The notes beneath the pieces were generated by a model. That model saw nothing but the letters and a program-made list of their open reading frames with translations. It was not told the origin of the DNA and did not search any database. Below, one piece after another: positions 19,511 to 29,615 of a stretch of 64,000 nt of DNA (position 1 is its first letter; every line of letters begins with the position of its first letter). The translations under genes were made by a program, and so were the position numbers. The stretch spans positions 1,696,001 through 1,760,000 of the forward strand of contig CAXXXD010000002.1 in NCBI GenBank assembly GCA_963663385.2, given 5' to 3'. Source of the DNA: Oceanispirochaeta sp. Lineage in GTDB: Bacteria; Spirochaetota; Spirochaetia; DSM-2461.

Positions 19511-21476
19511 GTCCGTCTATATAAATGTTGTTTTCAATCTTCCTCTGGATTCTGTTTTTACCTACTGCCTGCCCGAAAAGGGGGCGTACGGGGGACTGGA
19601 TCTGACAGGACGCCGTGTCAGCGCCCCCTTTGGCCGCCGAGAACTGACCGGGTGGATTATCGGGCATTCCAGCTCTCTCCCTGAAGGGGTTAAGGAGGGC
19701 AAGCCGGTTACGCGGATTGTGGATGACGAACCCCTTTTCGGAGAAGCCGGGCTTAAACTGGCCGGATGGATAAGGGATTTTTATCTCTGTACCCTGGGAG
19801 AAGCTCTGGGTGTTATGCTCCCGGGAGGAAGGAAGGAAAAAGACCTGCCTCCTCTGGGGATCAATACGGATGAGGATATCCGGGAAGACAGTAAAATCGT
19901 TTTGAGCAGTGAGCAGGAAAAGGCTCTGAAGGAAATCCTTGAGAGGAAAGATGACTTTTACTACCTTCATGGCATAACCGGATCGGGGAAGACGGAAGTT
20001 TTTCTCCATGTTGCGGAAGATGTTCTGAAAAAGGGTTCCACGGTCCTTTATCTGGTGCCGGAAATATCACTGACTCACCAGCTTGTCGACTCTCTGACCA
20101 GCCGCTTCAGCACTCCCATTGCGGTTCTTCATTCTCACCTGACGCCCTCCCAGCGGCTGAAGGAGTGGCGGAGGATTCAGAGCGGAGAAGCCCGTCTGGT
20201 TATCGGGGCCCGGAGCGCCGTATTTGCCCCTCTGGATAATCTGGGGCTGATTATTCTGGATGAGGAGCACGAGAACTCCTACAAGTCAGGATCGACCCCC
20301 CGTTATCACGGCAGACAGATTGCCATGAAACGCTGTAAGCAGGAGAATGCCATTCTTCTTATGGGGAGCGCTACACCCTCTGTCGAAGCCTGGCATCTGA
20401 TGGATAAGGGTGTTGTCCGGGAGTTGAAACTGACCACCCGCCCTGCGGGAGGATCCCTTCCCGCCATCCGTATTGTGAATATGAAGAGCTCGAAGAGCCT
20501 GCTCTCCCATGAACTGATTCTCTCTATGGAACGGGTATTGAAAGAGAAAAAACAGGTTATCCTTTTTCTGAATAGAAGAGGCCACTCCTATTTCTTTCAC
20601 TGTAAAAGCTGCGGGTTCGAAATGCAGTGCCGTCAGTGCAGTATCCCCTTAACGTACCATAAGAACCGGAACAGGATGATCTGCCATTACTGCGGGTATC
20701 AGGAACCGCCTCTCACACTCTGTCCTTCCTGCGGATCCATGGATGTGGGGTATGCCGGTTTCGGTACGGAGCATGTAGAGGAGGAGGTGTCCCGTTTTTT
20801 CCCGGATGCCCGGATTGCCAGGCTGGATACGGACGCTGTAAAAAAGAAAGGGGTGCTCCAGGATACCATCAGCAGTTTCCGGAACAGGGAGATAGATATC
20901 CTCCTGGGGACCCAGATGGTTGCCAAGGGGCTTAACTTCCCCGGTGTCAGCCTTGTTGGTATAGTGCTGGCCGATACGGGGCTCTCTCTGCCGGATTTCC
21001 GGGCGGGTGAGCGGACTTTTTCCCTGATTGTGCAGGTTGCCGGCAGGGCCGGGCGTTACAGTGATGACGGAGAAGTGCTGATACAGACCTTCCAGCCTGA
21101 AAATCCGGCTATAGCACTGGCTGCATCGGGAGAGTGGGAGAATTTCTATCATTATGAAAGGGAAGCACGGGACGCGCTGGGATTTCCCCCCTTCTCCCGG
21201 CTGATCCGTATTGTACACAGGGGAAAGCAGATGAAAAAACCTCTGGAGAGCCTGGAAATGCTGACAGACCGCTTCAGACAGGCGGGGATTAAAGATGTCA
21301 TGGGACCCGCAGAGTGTCCCCTGGGGGTTATAGCCGGGAATTTCCGGTTTCATACCCTGATCAGGAGCCGGAATTTCTCGGTTGAGCACAATCTGATTCA
21401 GCGTGTTCTTCTGGATACTCCCGTATCGTCGGGGGTGTACAGGGAAATAGATGTGGATCCGGTTCAGCTCCTCTGA
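19500..21476 (+). CDS. priA: Primosomal protein N' (replication restart helicase)
   Basis: GITGSGKTE, DEEH, two pairs of CxxC, GTQMVAKG, QVAGRAGR. Confidence 0.97.
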   Translation: MGPESVYINVVFNLPLDSVFTYCLPEKGAYGGLDLTGRRVSAPFGRRELTGWIIGHSSSLPEGVKEGKPVTRIVDDEPLFGEAGLKLAGWIRDFYLCTLGEALGVMLPGGRKEKDLPPLGINTDEDIREDSKIVLSSEQEKALKEILERKDDFYYLHGITGSGKTEVFLHVAEDVLKKGSTVLYLVPEISLTHQLVDSLTSRFSTPIAVLHSHLTPSQRLKEWRRIQSGEARLVIGARSAVFAPLDNLGLIILDEEHENSYKSGSTPRYHGRQIAMKRCKQENAILLMGSATPSVEAWHLMDKGVVRELKLTTRPAGGSLPAIRIVNMKSSKSLLSHELILSMERVLKEKKQVILFLNRRGHSYFFHCKSCGFEMQCRQCSIPLTYHKNRNRMICHYCGYQEPPLTLCPSCGSMDVGYAGFGTEHVEEEVSRFFPDARIARLDTDAVKKKGVLQDTISSFRNREIDILLGTQMVAKGLNFPGVSLVGIVLADTGLSLPDFRAGERTFSLIVQVAGRAGRYSDDGEVLIQTFQPENPAIALAASGEWENFYHYEREARDALGFPPFSRLIRIVHRGKQMKKPLESLEMLTDRFRQAGIKDVMGPAECPLGVIAGNFRFHTLIRSRNFSVEHNLIQRVLLDTPVSSGVYREIDVDPVQLL

Positions 21477-21533
21477 GCTCAATTGACTCCAATAGCCTAT
21501 GTTTAGTAATATTTCAGTGAGAGGAACTATATA

Positions 21534-22031
21534 ATGGATATATATACAATTGATATAGAAGATCAGCTTGATGTGCTTCGGAAAAAATCCGAAGCTGTCA
21601 AGGAAATTGATCAGAATCTGATAGAGTACATGGACCGTATGGTCGAAGCGATAAGGGGAATCGGAATCGGTCTGGCCGCTCCTCAGGTCGGGCGTAACGA
21701 ACGTTTCTTTGTTATTCAGATAGATAAGGAGCAACCCCTCTATTTTATAAACCCCGAAATTATCGGGACCAGCGAAGAGCTCTCCTCCTACGAGGAAGGT
21801 TGTCTCAGTATTCCCGGGATGTACGGAGATGTAAAGCGCCCCGCTGCCGTTCAGGTACAGGCCTGGAACAGAAGAGGCCGTCCTTTTACCATTGAAGCGG
21901 ACGGTCTGATGGCAACCTGCATCCAGCATGAGTATGATCACCTGAACGGAGTGATGTTTATGGACCATCTTTCGGACCGGAAAAGGGAAAAGCTGGTTAA
22001 AAAGTATATGAAATCCCTGGAGAAAAAATGA
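21534..22031 (+). CDS. def: Peptide deformylase
   Basis: GIGLAAPQ, EGCLS, QHEYDHLNG. Confidence 0.97.
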   Translation: MDIYTIDIEDQLDVLRKKSEAVKEIDQNLIEYMDRMVEAIRGIGIGLAAPQVGRNERFFVIQIDKEQPLYFINPEIIGTSEELSSYEEGCLSIPGMYGDVKRPAAVQVQAWNRRGRPFTIEADGLMATCIQHEYDHLNGVMFMDHLSDRKREKLVKKYMKSLEKK

Positions 22032-22972
22032 GAATACTCTTTGCCGGGACCCCCGATATAGGAGTCCCCTCGCTGAAAGCCCTGGCCGGGCAGCATGAGA
22101 TTGTGGGAGTCCTGACCAATCCTGACCGGACCAAAGGACGGGGAAGAAAGGTTATGGCCTCCCATGTAAAGGAAGCCGCGCTGGAACTGGGGCTTCCGGT
22201 TCTTCAGCCGCATAAGCTTGATGAGGAATTCCGGGACGAGGTAAAACGGCTTAAACCGGAACTGCTGGTCTGTATAGCCTACGGGAAAATCTTCCGTCAG
22301 GCTTTTCTGGATCTGTTCCCACTGGGCGGGATAAACCTTCATCCCTCAAAACTGCCTGATTTCAGGGGGCCTTCACCCCTGAATGCCACTATTCTCAGAG
22401 GAGACCGGGAAACGGCCATAACCATACAGAAGCTGGCGCTGGAGATGGACAGCGGCGATATCCTGCTTCAGGAACCTCTTCCGGTAGATCCCCGGGAGAC
22501 AACTGCTTCCCTGACCGATCGGGTTGCCGAAACAGGAGCAGGCTATCTGCTTACAGTCGTTAACGGTCTGGCAGAGGGGAATCTGGCAGCTGTTCCTCAG
22601 GATCACGAAAAAGCAACATTCTGTTCTCTTATCGGGAAGGACGACGGTCAGCTCAGCTGGTCGGAAAGTGCGGTCCGGCTGGACCGGGTTATCAGGGCGT
22701 ATACCCCCTGGCCCCATGGTTTTACAGCCTGGAAGGGACAGCGCCTCAATATCCTGGAAGCCCATCCCCTGGCAGGGGACTCTTCCTGTGCCGAACCCGG
22801 AACAGTCACAGGTATGGACAAGAAAGAGGGAATTCTGATACAAACGGGAGAGGGTCTGCTTGCGGTAACCCGCTTACAACTTCAGTCAAAAAAACCGCTG
22901 GACTTCAAATCCTTTCTAAATGGTTCGAAAGATTTTATCGGTTCAGTTCTGGGAGAAATACATGAGTCCTAA
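22028..22972 (+). CDS. fmt: Methionyl-tRNA formyltransferase
   Basis: FAGTPD, NLHPSKLP.FRG.SP, MDSGD. Confidence 0.96.
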   Translation: MRILFAGTPDIGVPSLKALAGQHEIVGVLTNPDRTKGRGRKVMASHVKEAALELGLPVLQPHKLDEEFRDEVKRLKPELLVCIAYGKIFRQAFLDLFPLGGINLHPSKLPDFRGPSPLNATILRGDRETAITIQKLALEMDSGDILLQEPLPVDPRETTASLTDRVAETGAGYLLTVVNGLAEGNLAAVPQDHEKATFCSLIGKDDGQLSWSESAVRLDRVIRAYTPWPHGFTAWKGQRLNILEAHPLAGDSSCAEPGTVTGMDKKEGILIQTGEGLLAVTRLQLQSKKPLDFKSFLNGSKDFIGSVLGEIHES

Positions 22973-24020
22973 ATGGAACCTGTCCTTTGGAAAAATCACC
23001 CCTGCAAAGGACTCCCTACAGGGGAAAGACGCCGGTAAATCTCCGGACGAGAAAGAGTTCTTCAGAAAAGCCATACTGATGATTCTGGGTTTGCTTATTC
23101 TTCTGTTCCTCTCTTTTCTGCTCTCTTTTTTCGTAGCAGTACGGGGCGCGGAGAAAACCCTTGTTCCGGATATTACGGGGGATCTGTTAATTGACGGTCT
23201 GATTGACCTGCAGGAAAAAGAACTCTATCCCCGGATACAGGTCCGTTTCACCGAGGACCCCCTTGAAAAGGATCATATCATTGCTCAGGACCCCCAGGCC
23301 GGAAGTGTGGTCAAGGCCGGGCGGCGTGTAAAACTTACAGTCAGTAAAGGCGCCGTAGTTGATACGGTGGGGGAATACATAGGAAAAGATCTGCGTGAAG
23401 TTAAAACACAGCTTCAGACCCTTTTTGCGTCCTATAAACCTCTTCTGATTATCAGAGAACCTGTAAGCTACGTTTTTGATGAAGCTCCGGCGGGCACTAT
23501 TCTGGAACAGAAACCGGAAGGAGGGACGCAAATCACAGGTCTTACCGAAATTGAGATGGTAGTCAGCCGCGGCCCGATCGGGGAATCCTATAAACTGGAT
23601 GATTACAGCGGTTTGAAGTGGCAGGACGCGTTAACCCGTCTTGTACGGTCCAGTCAGCCCTTTCAGTTTCAGCTCGCTGAAGAAGAGGCGGAATCCAAAA
23701 TTCCCGTGTCTACTGTTATAGGGCAGGAACCGGCGGCGGGTGAAGTTATCCTGTCGGGAACACCTATTATCCTGACAATCAATAAACCGGCCAAACTGGA
23801 CAGGGATGAGCGCTTCGGCATTTTTACAATAGATCTTCCCGATTACCCCATTTCTGTTGATCTGACTGTGGAAAAGATCGTTACAGGTGGAAAAACCAGG
23901 ACGATACTGGAAATGAAACACCCCGGCGGTACTTTCAGCTTCCCCTACAGGGACATTGCGGGCAGTACCTATATCCTTAAGATCTACGATGAAGAGATTA
24001 AGCAGATAAATATCCAGTAG
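22962..24020 (+). CDS. PASTA-domain membrane protein
   Basis: TM helix followed by three PASTA-like repeats (VPDITG..QDPQAG..VSKG etc.); ATG 22962 has a GGAG RBS. Confidence 0.85.
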   Translation: MSPKWNLSFGKITPAKDSLQGKDAGKSPDEKEFFRKAILMILGLLILLFLSFLLSFFVAVRGAEKTLVPDITGDLLIDGLIDLQEKELYPRIQVRFTEDPLEKDHIIAQDPQAGSVVKAGRRVKLTVSKGAVVDTVGEYIGKDLREVKTQLQTLFASYKPLLIIREPVSYVFDEAPAGTILEQKPEGGTQITGLTEIEMVVSRGPIGESYKLDDYSGLKWQDALTRLVRSSQPFQFQLAEEEAESKIPVSTVIGQEPAAGEVILSGTPIILTINKPAKLDRDERFGIFTIDLPDYPISVDLTVEKIVTGGKTRTILEMKHPGGTFSFPYRDIAGSTYILKIYDEEIKQINIQ

Positions 24021-24038
24021 GGATCTTATTCACTGTAT

Positions 24039-24064
24039 AAAAAAGCCCCCGAGTCGAGGGGCTT
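24039..24064 (-). terminator. Intrinsic terminator of the M15 carboxypeptidase gene (possibly bidirectional)
   Basis: On the minus strand AAGCCCC-TCGACTCG-GGGGCTTTTTT. Confidence 0.75.
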
Positions 24065-24117
24065 ATCTTAAGCGGAGATCCCATCTCCCAAGAGGAAGGC
24101 GGGTGAATCGGGTTAAA

Positions 24118-24981
24118 TCAGATCCCGGCCGCTGTCAGCGCATCTCTTTTATTATGAAAGAAGCGGAGCATATACTCCTGAATCCCCTCAAAAAACTCCG
24201 CTTCCATCTCTGTTCCGGCCGGAGTCAGATAGCGGTAGTGCCAGCACTCCCACATATATCCTGTAAGCTCCTCTTTTCCAAAGGGGTAGCTTAGGGAAAA
24301 CCCGTATTCTCCGGCGTGTTTTTTCAGCCATATCCCCTCGGGTGTCGCAGCAAAGGATTCATCAATGGAGCCGAAATCCATCGCCAGTCCAAGCTGATGC
24401 TGTGATGTTCCGGGGCGGGCTGAATAGCGGTCGGCGGCTTCCTGTCCATCTGTTGCCGCGTACCTTTCATATAAACCTTTCTGATAGTCGTAAGAACGGT
24501 AGGCTGATGAGATCATCAGGTTTAAACCTTCCTGGCCGGCCGCTTCGTTCATGGCAAGCAGGGCAGGCATCAGGTACTTCCTGAGTTTGTGCCCCGGTCG
24601 TGACAGGGACAGGATTTGTTTGTAATCGTCCAGTTCTACAAGGTCTTCCGGTTCAAAATCTGCACCCAGACCTGTTTCCTTGTTAACAAGAATCAGGACC
24701 TCTTCCGGAAGATCAAGCAGCTTCCCGGCCAGTTCCAGAAAGTATTCAGGACGTCCCAGAATATTCTGCTGTATGGAAGAGGGAAGATCTGCAATTATTT
24801 TTTTCAGTTCTGATTCTGTACAGCTGAAAGAAGGATGGACAGGGAGAGGCTGTATTTCCGGGGTATCCGCTATCGGGGTAATCTCTTCAGCTTTCCGGCA
24901 GCCTGGAAACAGAATCAGGACTGATGCCAATAGGAGGGCTGTTACATGGTGTTTCATTTTAATTGGAACTGTTTTTTTCAT
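24118..24981 (-). CDS. M15B/VanY-like D-alanyl-D-alanine carboxypeptidase, lipoprotein
   Basis: Lipobox FPGC; SAYRS, ARPGTSQHQLGLAMD, ECWHYRY. Confidence 0.9.
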   Translation of the reverse strand: MKKTVPIKMKHHVTALLLASVLILFPGCRKAEEITPIADTPEIQPLPVHPSFSCTESELKKIIADLPSSIQQNILGRPEYFLELAGKLLDLPEEVLILVNKETGLGADFEPEDLVELDDYKQILSLSRPGHKLRKYLMPALLAMNEAAGQEGLNLMISSAYRSYDYQKGLYERYAATDGQEAADRYSARPGTSQHQLGLAMDFGSIDESFAATPEGIWLKKHAGEYGFSLSYPFGKEELTGYMWECWHYRYLTPAGTEMEAEFFEGIQEYMLRFFHNKRDALTAAGI

Positions 24982-25097
24982 GAGGAGAGTATACTGCTCT
25001 CCTGAGAAAATGAAAACAGCTACTGTACTGTAGGTCCTTTTAAAGTTCTCCAGGTAAAATTCTGACTTTTTTTTTTCTATCAGGTATAATAATAAGA

Positions 25098-26606
25098 GTG
25101 GATAATTTTTTGAAACATTTACAGGCCGCCCGGGGAAAGATGTCTGCCGGGCAGTATCAGGAAGCGTTCGATCTTATCGTTGATCAGGAGGTTCAGAGCC
25201 TTTCAGCGCTATTGAAAAAGATTGAATGCATGGTTGATATTGGTTTTATCATCCGGGATGAAAGGATTCTCCGCTACGGACTGTACCTGCTGGAAAAACA
25301 CGGCAGTGAAGTGCTGGAAGTGGAAGATCTGGCACCTGTATACTTTCTGAATCTTGCCAATCAGTATATCAATATGGTAACCCTCTCGTCTTATAATAAT
25401 GAGTATTTCGGTTATTATGAGGGAACAGAACTCATAAGGGCCAGGGAGTTCTACGAAAAAGCCCTTTCCTACGGAAATATTACCGGGGAAATAGCCGTTT
25501 CTGTTCATCTTGGACTGGCCCGTGCTCTCTCCATAGGAGGCCGCGGGGCGGAAGCCCTTGAACATTATCAGGCCGCCGTCAAACTGAATCCCGATCTCAG
25601 GGAAGCTCTCCTTGAAAAAGCTCAGCTGATGATTGAATACGCCGGTATCAACAGTGAAAACTCCAGGATCATTATGAAAGAAGCCTGGCACCTCTCGTTT
25701 TTAACAGAAGAGATGGCTGTAAGGGATGCAATAGATGATCAGCAGGAGCTGGAAATCAGGGGGAAAATCCGGGAACTCGTTCCGGACAGGAGCTTTCTTG
25801 AATCCGAAGAAGAGTATCCTCAGCACAGTATTGTGACGAATTCAGAAGAAGAGCATCGGTTCACCATGTTTACCCTTCGCCATAACCTGTATCTGAATCT
25901 GTGCGGTTTCTGCCGGAAATGCGACTGCGCCGTAGGGGATCAGCTTCGCCTCCGCAGCAGCAGCCTGACAATCCGGACAAACCAGAAGAAACGTTTTACT
26001 TCTCTGGCAGTCTGCTACAGCCGTCTGAATGAGCTGTACAGGGTCGGACGCTATTTCCTGACCCGGGAGGAAGCCGGAGGAAAGCCTGAAGACTACACCG
26101 ATCCGGGTGATCCCAAAACAGGCCTGACCGGATTTGAATCGGGTAGTATAGAGTATTATTTCCTGCGCGAAGCCTATCTTCACGGTTGGGATCTCTGGGA
26201 TTCTGTCAAGGATTATCTTGCTACTTACTGGGATAAAGAAGTACGGCCCGAGGAAACTCTGTACCAGATGCTTCACAGTAATGGAAAAATACGGGATGAG
26301 TGGAAGAAAAAATCACCCTCTTTTCATGCTGTCTATGACCTTTTCATGGACTGTTTTCAAGGGCGCCGGAAATATCTGAAAGATACATATCTGATATTGA
26401 AAAGACCTCTGAAAGGCGGCCATTCCATCTCCTTCAATGCGGAAGATCTGAAGAAAAGAGGCATTGAGCTCTATAAAATTCAACGATCCGTTATTCTCTA
26501 TCTCGGCATTATGCATGAGAGGAATGAGTTTCAGAATCAGAACTGGATTTTCCCCCGTCCTTTATACAATTTTTTTATGTCGGGAAAGGAATTGAAAGAT
26601 AAATAA
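25098..26606 (+). CDS. TPR-containing protein with LA2681-like (HEPN-related) C-terminal region
   Basis: TPR motif (LGLARAL...EALEHYQAAVKLNPD); E..F...HNLYLN...D.L segment resembles the LA2681 family. Confidence 0.55.
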   Translation: MDNFLKHLQAARGKMSAGQYQEAFDLIVDQEVQSLSALLKKIECMVDIGFIIRDERILRYGLYLLEKHGSEVLEVEDLAPVYFLNLANQYINMVTLSSYNNEYFGYYEGTELIRAREFYEKALSYGNITGEIAVSVHLGLARALSIGGRGAEALEHYQAAVKLNPDLREALLEKAQLMIEYAGINSENSRIIMKEAWHLSFLTEEMAVRDAIDDQQELEIRGKIRELVPDRSFLESEEEYPQHSIVTNSEEEHRFTMFTLRHNLYLNLCGFCRKCDCAVGDQLRLRSSSLTIRTNQKKRFTSLAVCYSRLNELYRVGRYFLTREEAGGKPEDYTDPGDPKTGLTGFESGSIEYYFLREAYLHGWDLWDSVKDYLATYWDKEVRPEETLYQMLHSNGKIRDEWKKKSPSFHAVYDLFMDCFQGRRKYLKDTYLILKRPLKGGHSISFNAEDLKKRGIELYKIQRSVILYLGIMHERNEFQNQNWIFPRPLYNFFMSGKELKDK

Positions 26607-26678
26607 AAAAAAAGCTTGTATACTATATTATAGTGTTGTTACATATTAGTTGATAGGATTTTTTGAAGGGGGAACTCC

Positions 26679-29528
26679 ATGACAAGGGACAGCCGTGATA
26701 TTCAGTACCGTGTATTTCATCTGGGTCCCGAATGTTACGTCATATATCTGGGAAGTGACAGGCAGGATGAAAATCCGTTTCTGAGAATAGGCAATATGCC
26801 CGACATTCCCGAAGACCTGCATAATATTACCTCACGGATAATTATTACATCCAGTTTTACAGGTAACCCTTTTCAGGAAGTCCGGTATGCCAGAAAACAT
26901 AAGCTTTCCTATCTGGGTGATGTGGAAGTCATTGATCATTTCCGCCGGTTTTTTCAGAGTATGAATCTTCCCGCCAGGGAGTTGACCGACTACAGGTATA
27001 TTAAAGGTTCCGGCAACAGGCACACTTTGTATTTCTACAATAATGGCAATATCCATCTTAACTATGATGACCAGCTCCTTTTTGATCTGCAGAAAAGAGA
27101 GGAGGTTGATCTGCACTGTCTGCAGCGCTGTGACAGAATCAAGAATCTTCTTCTGAAAAACCCTCTTCGCTATACCAGGGAGGAGTTGAATAAACCCGCT
27201 TTTTTTATCAGTGAGAATGCCAAATTCTATCTCTATCATAAGGAGTGGATGGCCCTTGATCTGGAAGACAGGTACTTTTCCGAGTTAGCCTCACAGGGGA
27301 TCGACCCTGATGAAGTGCATGCCGTCTTTACCCATGTTTCTGAAGCGTCAATGAATATTCAGGAGCGGGAATCTCTGGTTCAGCATATAAAAAGAAGGGT
27401 TTTAAGGAAAAAAAGCCTAACCATACTTACCACCCGTCCGGAGATTCCGGTACATCTGATCAAACTCTTTCCCGGGGGAGAAAAAGCAGGTGATTCTCCT
27501 GTTAAACCCGTTCTTCTGGAAGAAGGTACCAAATGGGATCATGCTGACATGAATGCGGAGGTATTAAAAGAGAACCTTTTAATCCGGTTTGGTAATGATA
27601 ATACGATCTTTGTCCCCTTTGGTAATGAAAATGCCGTTCCTGTAAATGAAAAGGGCTGGCATATTTCGGCAGATAGAAAAATACTCACATGGAAAAATAC
27701 CGATGGTTCTGAGACAGAACTGAAAACCCTGCGCGGGTACCCGCTTGTTCTGGAAAAAAATCTGCCTTCAAAAGAGAAACTGATACCCAAATACCTGGGA
27801 TTCCTTCACTCCTATCTGGAAGCCTGGGAGGGACGTGATGCCTGGGAGAACCTGTATGCCCTGGAGGAAGGGATTACTTCCATTCTTGATAACGGAAATT
27901 CCCCCCTCAGTCAGTTTTCCCTGAAAGAACCTGTCACTCCCGGTCTGGAATATCTCTATCTGAGCAATGTTTTAACTCTGCTGGAACAGCTGGAAGATAA
28001 ACCTTCCGATATTCAGTTAAAAATACAGAACTACCTGAATCAATGGAAGAAACCTTCCACACTCCTGCCGGTTCTGGGGGATCTGTACCATGGGGATAAA
28101 GGACCCTTTATCCTGTACAGAATCAGCACTCATAAACTCAACCCTCACAACTTCAGAAAAGCCGAGGAAATTTCCCGGGAGATGATAGATCTGGAGATTC
28201 CGGATCTTGAGCTCTTCAAGAAAGAAAGGAAAAGACTCCTTGATTTGATTGAGAGTTTATACGGCGTACAGTCTGCTTTTCCGGAACGGTCTCTTCCTCC
28301 CCGGAAGACAGTCGCTCCCTCAACCCCGAAACCGGCTCCTCAAAAAACAAGTCGGGTGTCCGGTAGTTCGCCTTCAGGGACTGATTCTGCTTTCGGGACA
28401 TCGGATACCGGTACTGTATCCCGCCTTTCCGGTTCTCCGGCTTCCGGATATAAAGCTCCGTCAAATCAGAGACGCATCCGGCCTCTGATTCTTATTTTGG
28501 CACTACTTCTGCTGGGAGCTGCAGGATTCGGGATCTATGGATTATTAAACAGATCGGACAGATCGGGTACCGTAAGGGAAACTTCCATTAGCAGGTCAAC
28601 TGCTGACAGCTCTTCTAAAAAGGATCAGAGGGCAGGAGCGGGCGAAACCGCCGGAGCGGGCGAAACTGCCGGAGCGGGCGAAACTGCCGGAGCGGGCGAA
28701 ACCGCCGGAGCGGGCGAAACCGCCGGAGCGGGCGAAACCGCCGGAGCGGGCGAAACCGCCGGAGCGGGCGAAACCGCCGGAGCGGGCGAAACCGCCGGAG
28801 CGGGCGAAACCGCCGGAGCGGGCGAAACCGCCGGAGCGGGTGAAACCGCCGGAGCGGGCGAAACCGCCGGAGCGGGCGAAACCGCCGGAGCGGGCGAAAC
28901 CGCCGGAGCGGGCGAAACCGCCGGAGCGGGCGAAACCGCCGGAGCGGGCGAAACCGCCGGAGCGGGCGAAACCGCCGGAGCGGGCGAAACCGCCGGTGCG
29001 GGCGAAACCGCCGGAGCAGGTGAAACCGCCGGAGCGGGCGAAACCGCCGGAGCGGGCGAAACCGCCGGAGCGGGCGAAGTCATTGTCGAAACAGAACGAC
29101 GTCCCCTTACTGCAGCCGAAGCCAATGCCTATCTGGATATTGATGATATTCATATCACTCTGGTGGATATTCATCTGGTTTCAAACAGTATTGCTGTCAG
29201 AAACGGATACCGCGATCTGGATTATAAAGTCTTTGAAGGGAAAGATCCTGATTGGATCTGGGCCGGTAATATACTAATTCTTCCAGATGAAAGTGCGTAT
29301 GAAATCGTCAAGGGCGATAATATATGGTTTATCGCTTCCCGGCTTATTCGCCGGGATGTGGAGACCAGGATTTCCCGTATGCAGGAAATCGATAAAGAAC
29401 TTGATCAAGGTGATCTTTCCGGAGAACACAGAATGCAATTGCTTGCAGAATTAAGAGAAATGGCCGAGGCTTCATACAGTGAGCAACTCAGGGAGAAGAT
29501 CAATAATAAACTGAAAAGTTTTGAATAA
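26679..29528 (+). CDS. Large bitopic membrane protein with (AGAGET)n linker and LysM-like C-terminus
   Basis: 949 aa; one TM (LILILALLLLGAAGFGIYGLL); hexapeptide repeat; LysM half-motifs. Confidence 0.8.
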   Translation: MTRDSRDIQYRVFHLGPECYVIYLGSDRQDENPFLRIGNMPDIPEDLHNITSRIIITSSFTGNPFQEVRYARKHKLSYLGDVEVIDHFRRFFQSMNLPARELTDYRYIKGSGNRHTLYFYNNGNIHLNYDDQLLFDLQKREEVDLHCLQRCDRIKNLLLKNPLRYTREELNKPAFFISENAKFYLYHKEWMALDLEDRYFSELASQGIDPDEVHAVFTHVSEASMNIQERESLVQHIKRRVLRKKSLTILTTRPEIPVHLIKLFPGGEKAGDSPVKPVLLEEGTKWDHADMNAEVLKENLLIRFGNDNTIFVPFGNENAVPVNEKGWHISADRKILTWKNTDGSETELKTLRGYPLVLEKNLPSKEKLIPKYLGFLHSYLEAWEGRDAWENLYALEEGITSILDNGNSPLSQFSLKEPVTPGLEYLYLSNVLTLLEQLEDKPSDIQLKIQNYLNQWKKPSTLLPVLGDLYHGDKGPFILYRISTHKLNPHNFRKAEEISREMIDLEIPDLELFKKERKRLLDLIESLYGVQSAFPERSLPPRKTVAPSTPKPAPQKTSRVSGSSPSGTDSAFGTSDTGTVSRLSGSPASGYKAPSNQRRIRPLILILALLLLGAAGFGIYGLLNRSDRSGTVRETSISRSTADSSSKKDQRAGAGETAGAGETAGAGETAGAGETAGAGETAGAGETAGAGETAGAGETAGAGETAGAGETAGAGETAGAGETAGAGETAGAGETAGAGETAGAGETAGAGETAGAGETAGAGETAGAGETAGAGETAGAGETAGAGETAGAGETAGAGEVIVETERRPLTAAEANAYLDIDDIHITLVDIHLVSNSIAVRNGYRDLDYKVFEGKDPDWIWAGNILILPDESAYEIVKGDNIWFIASRLIRRDVETRISRMQEIDKELDQGDLSGEHRMQLLAELREMAEASYSEQLREKINNKLKSFE
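28632..29078 (+). repeat. Coding tandem repeat (VNTR-like), 18-bp unit GCCGGAGCGGGCGAAACC, ~25 copies
   Basis: 447 bp = 24 full units plus 15 bp; only a few synonymous variants. Confidence 0.97.
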
Positions 29529-29615
29529 ACGATAAAAAAATGGAAAATTATTTTTCAAATATGGTAAAAAAAATTATTATTATACTGTAAGATTCATTAT
29601 TAATTGAAAATGTGC

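Noticed and set aside
28596..29277. Repetitive ORFs (ARSGGF)n, (PAPAVS)n and (RAKPPE)n
   Set aside because: Alternative frames of the stop-free 18-bp repeat; the AGAGET frame is continuous with a real gene
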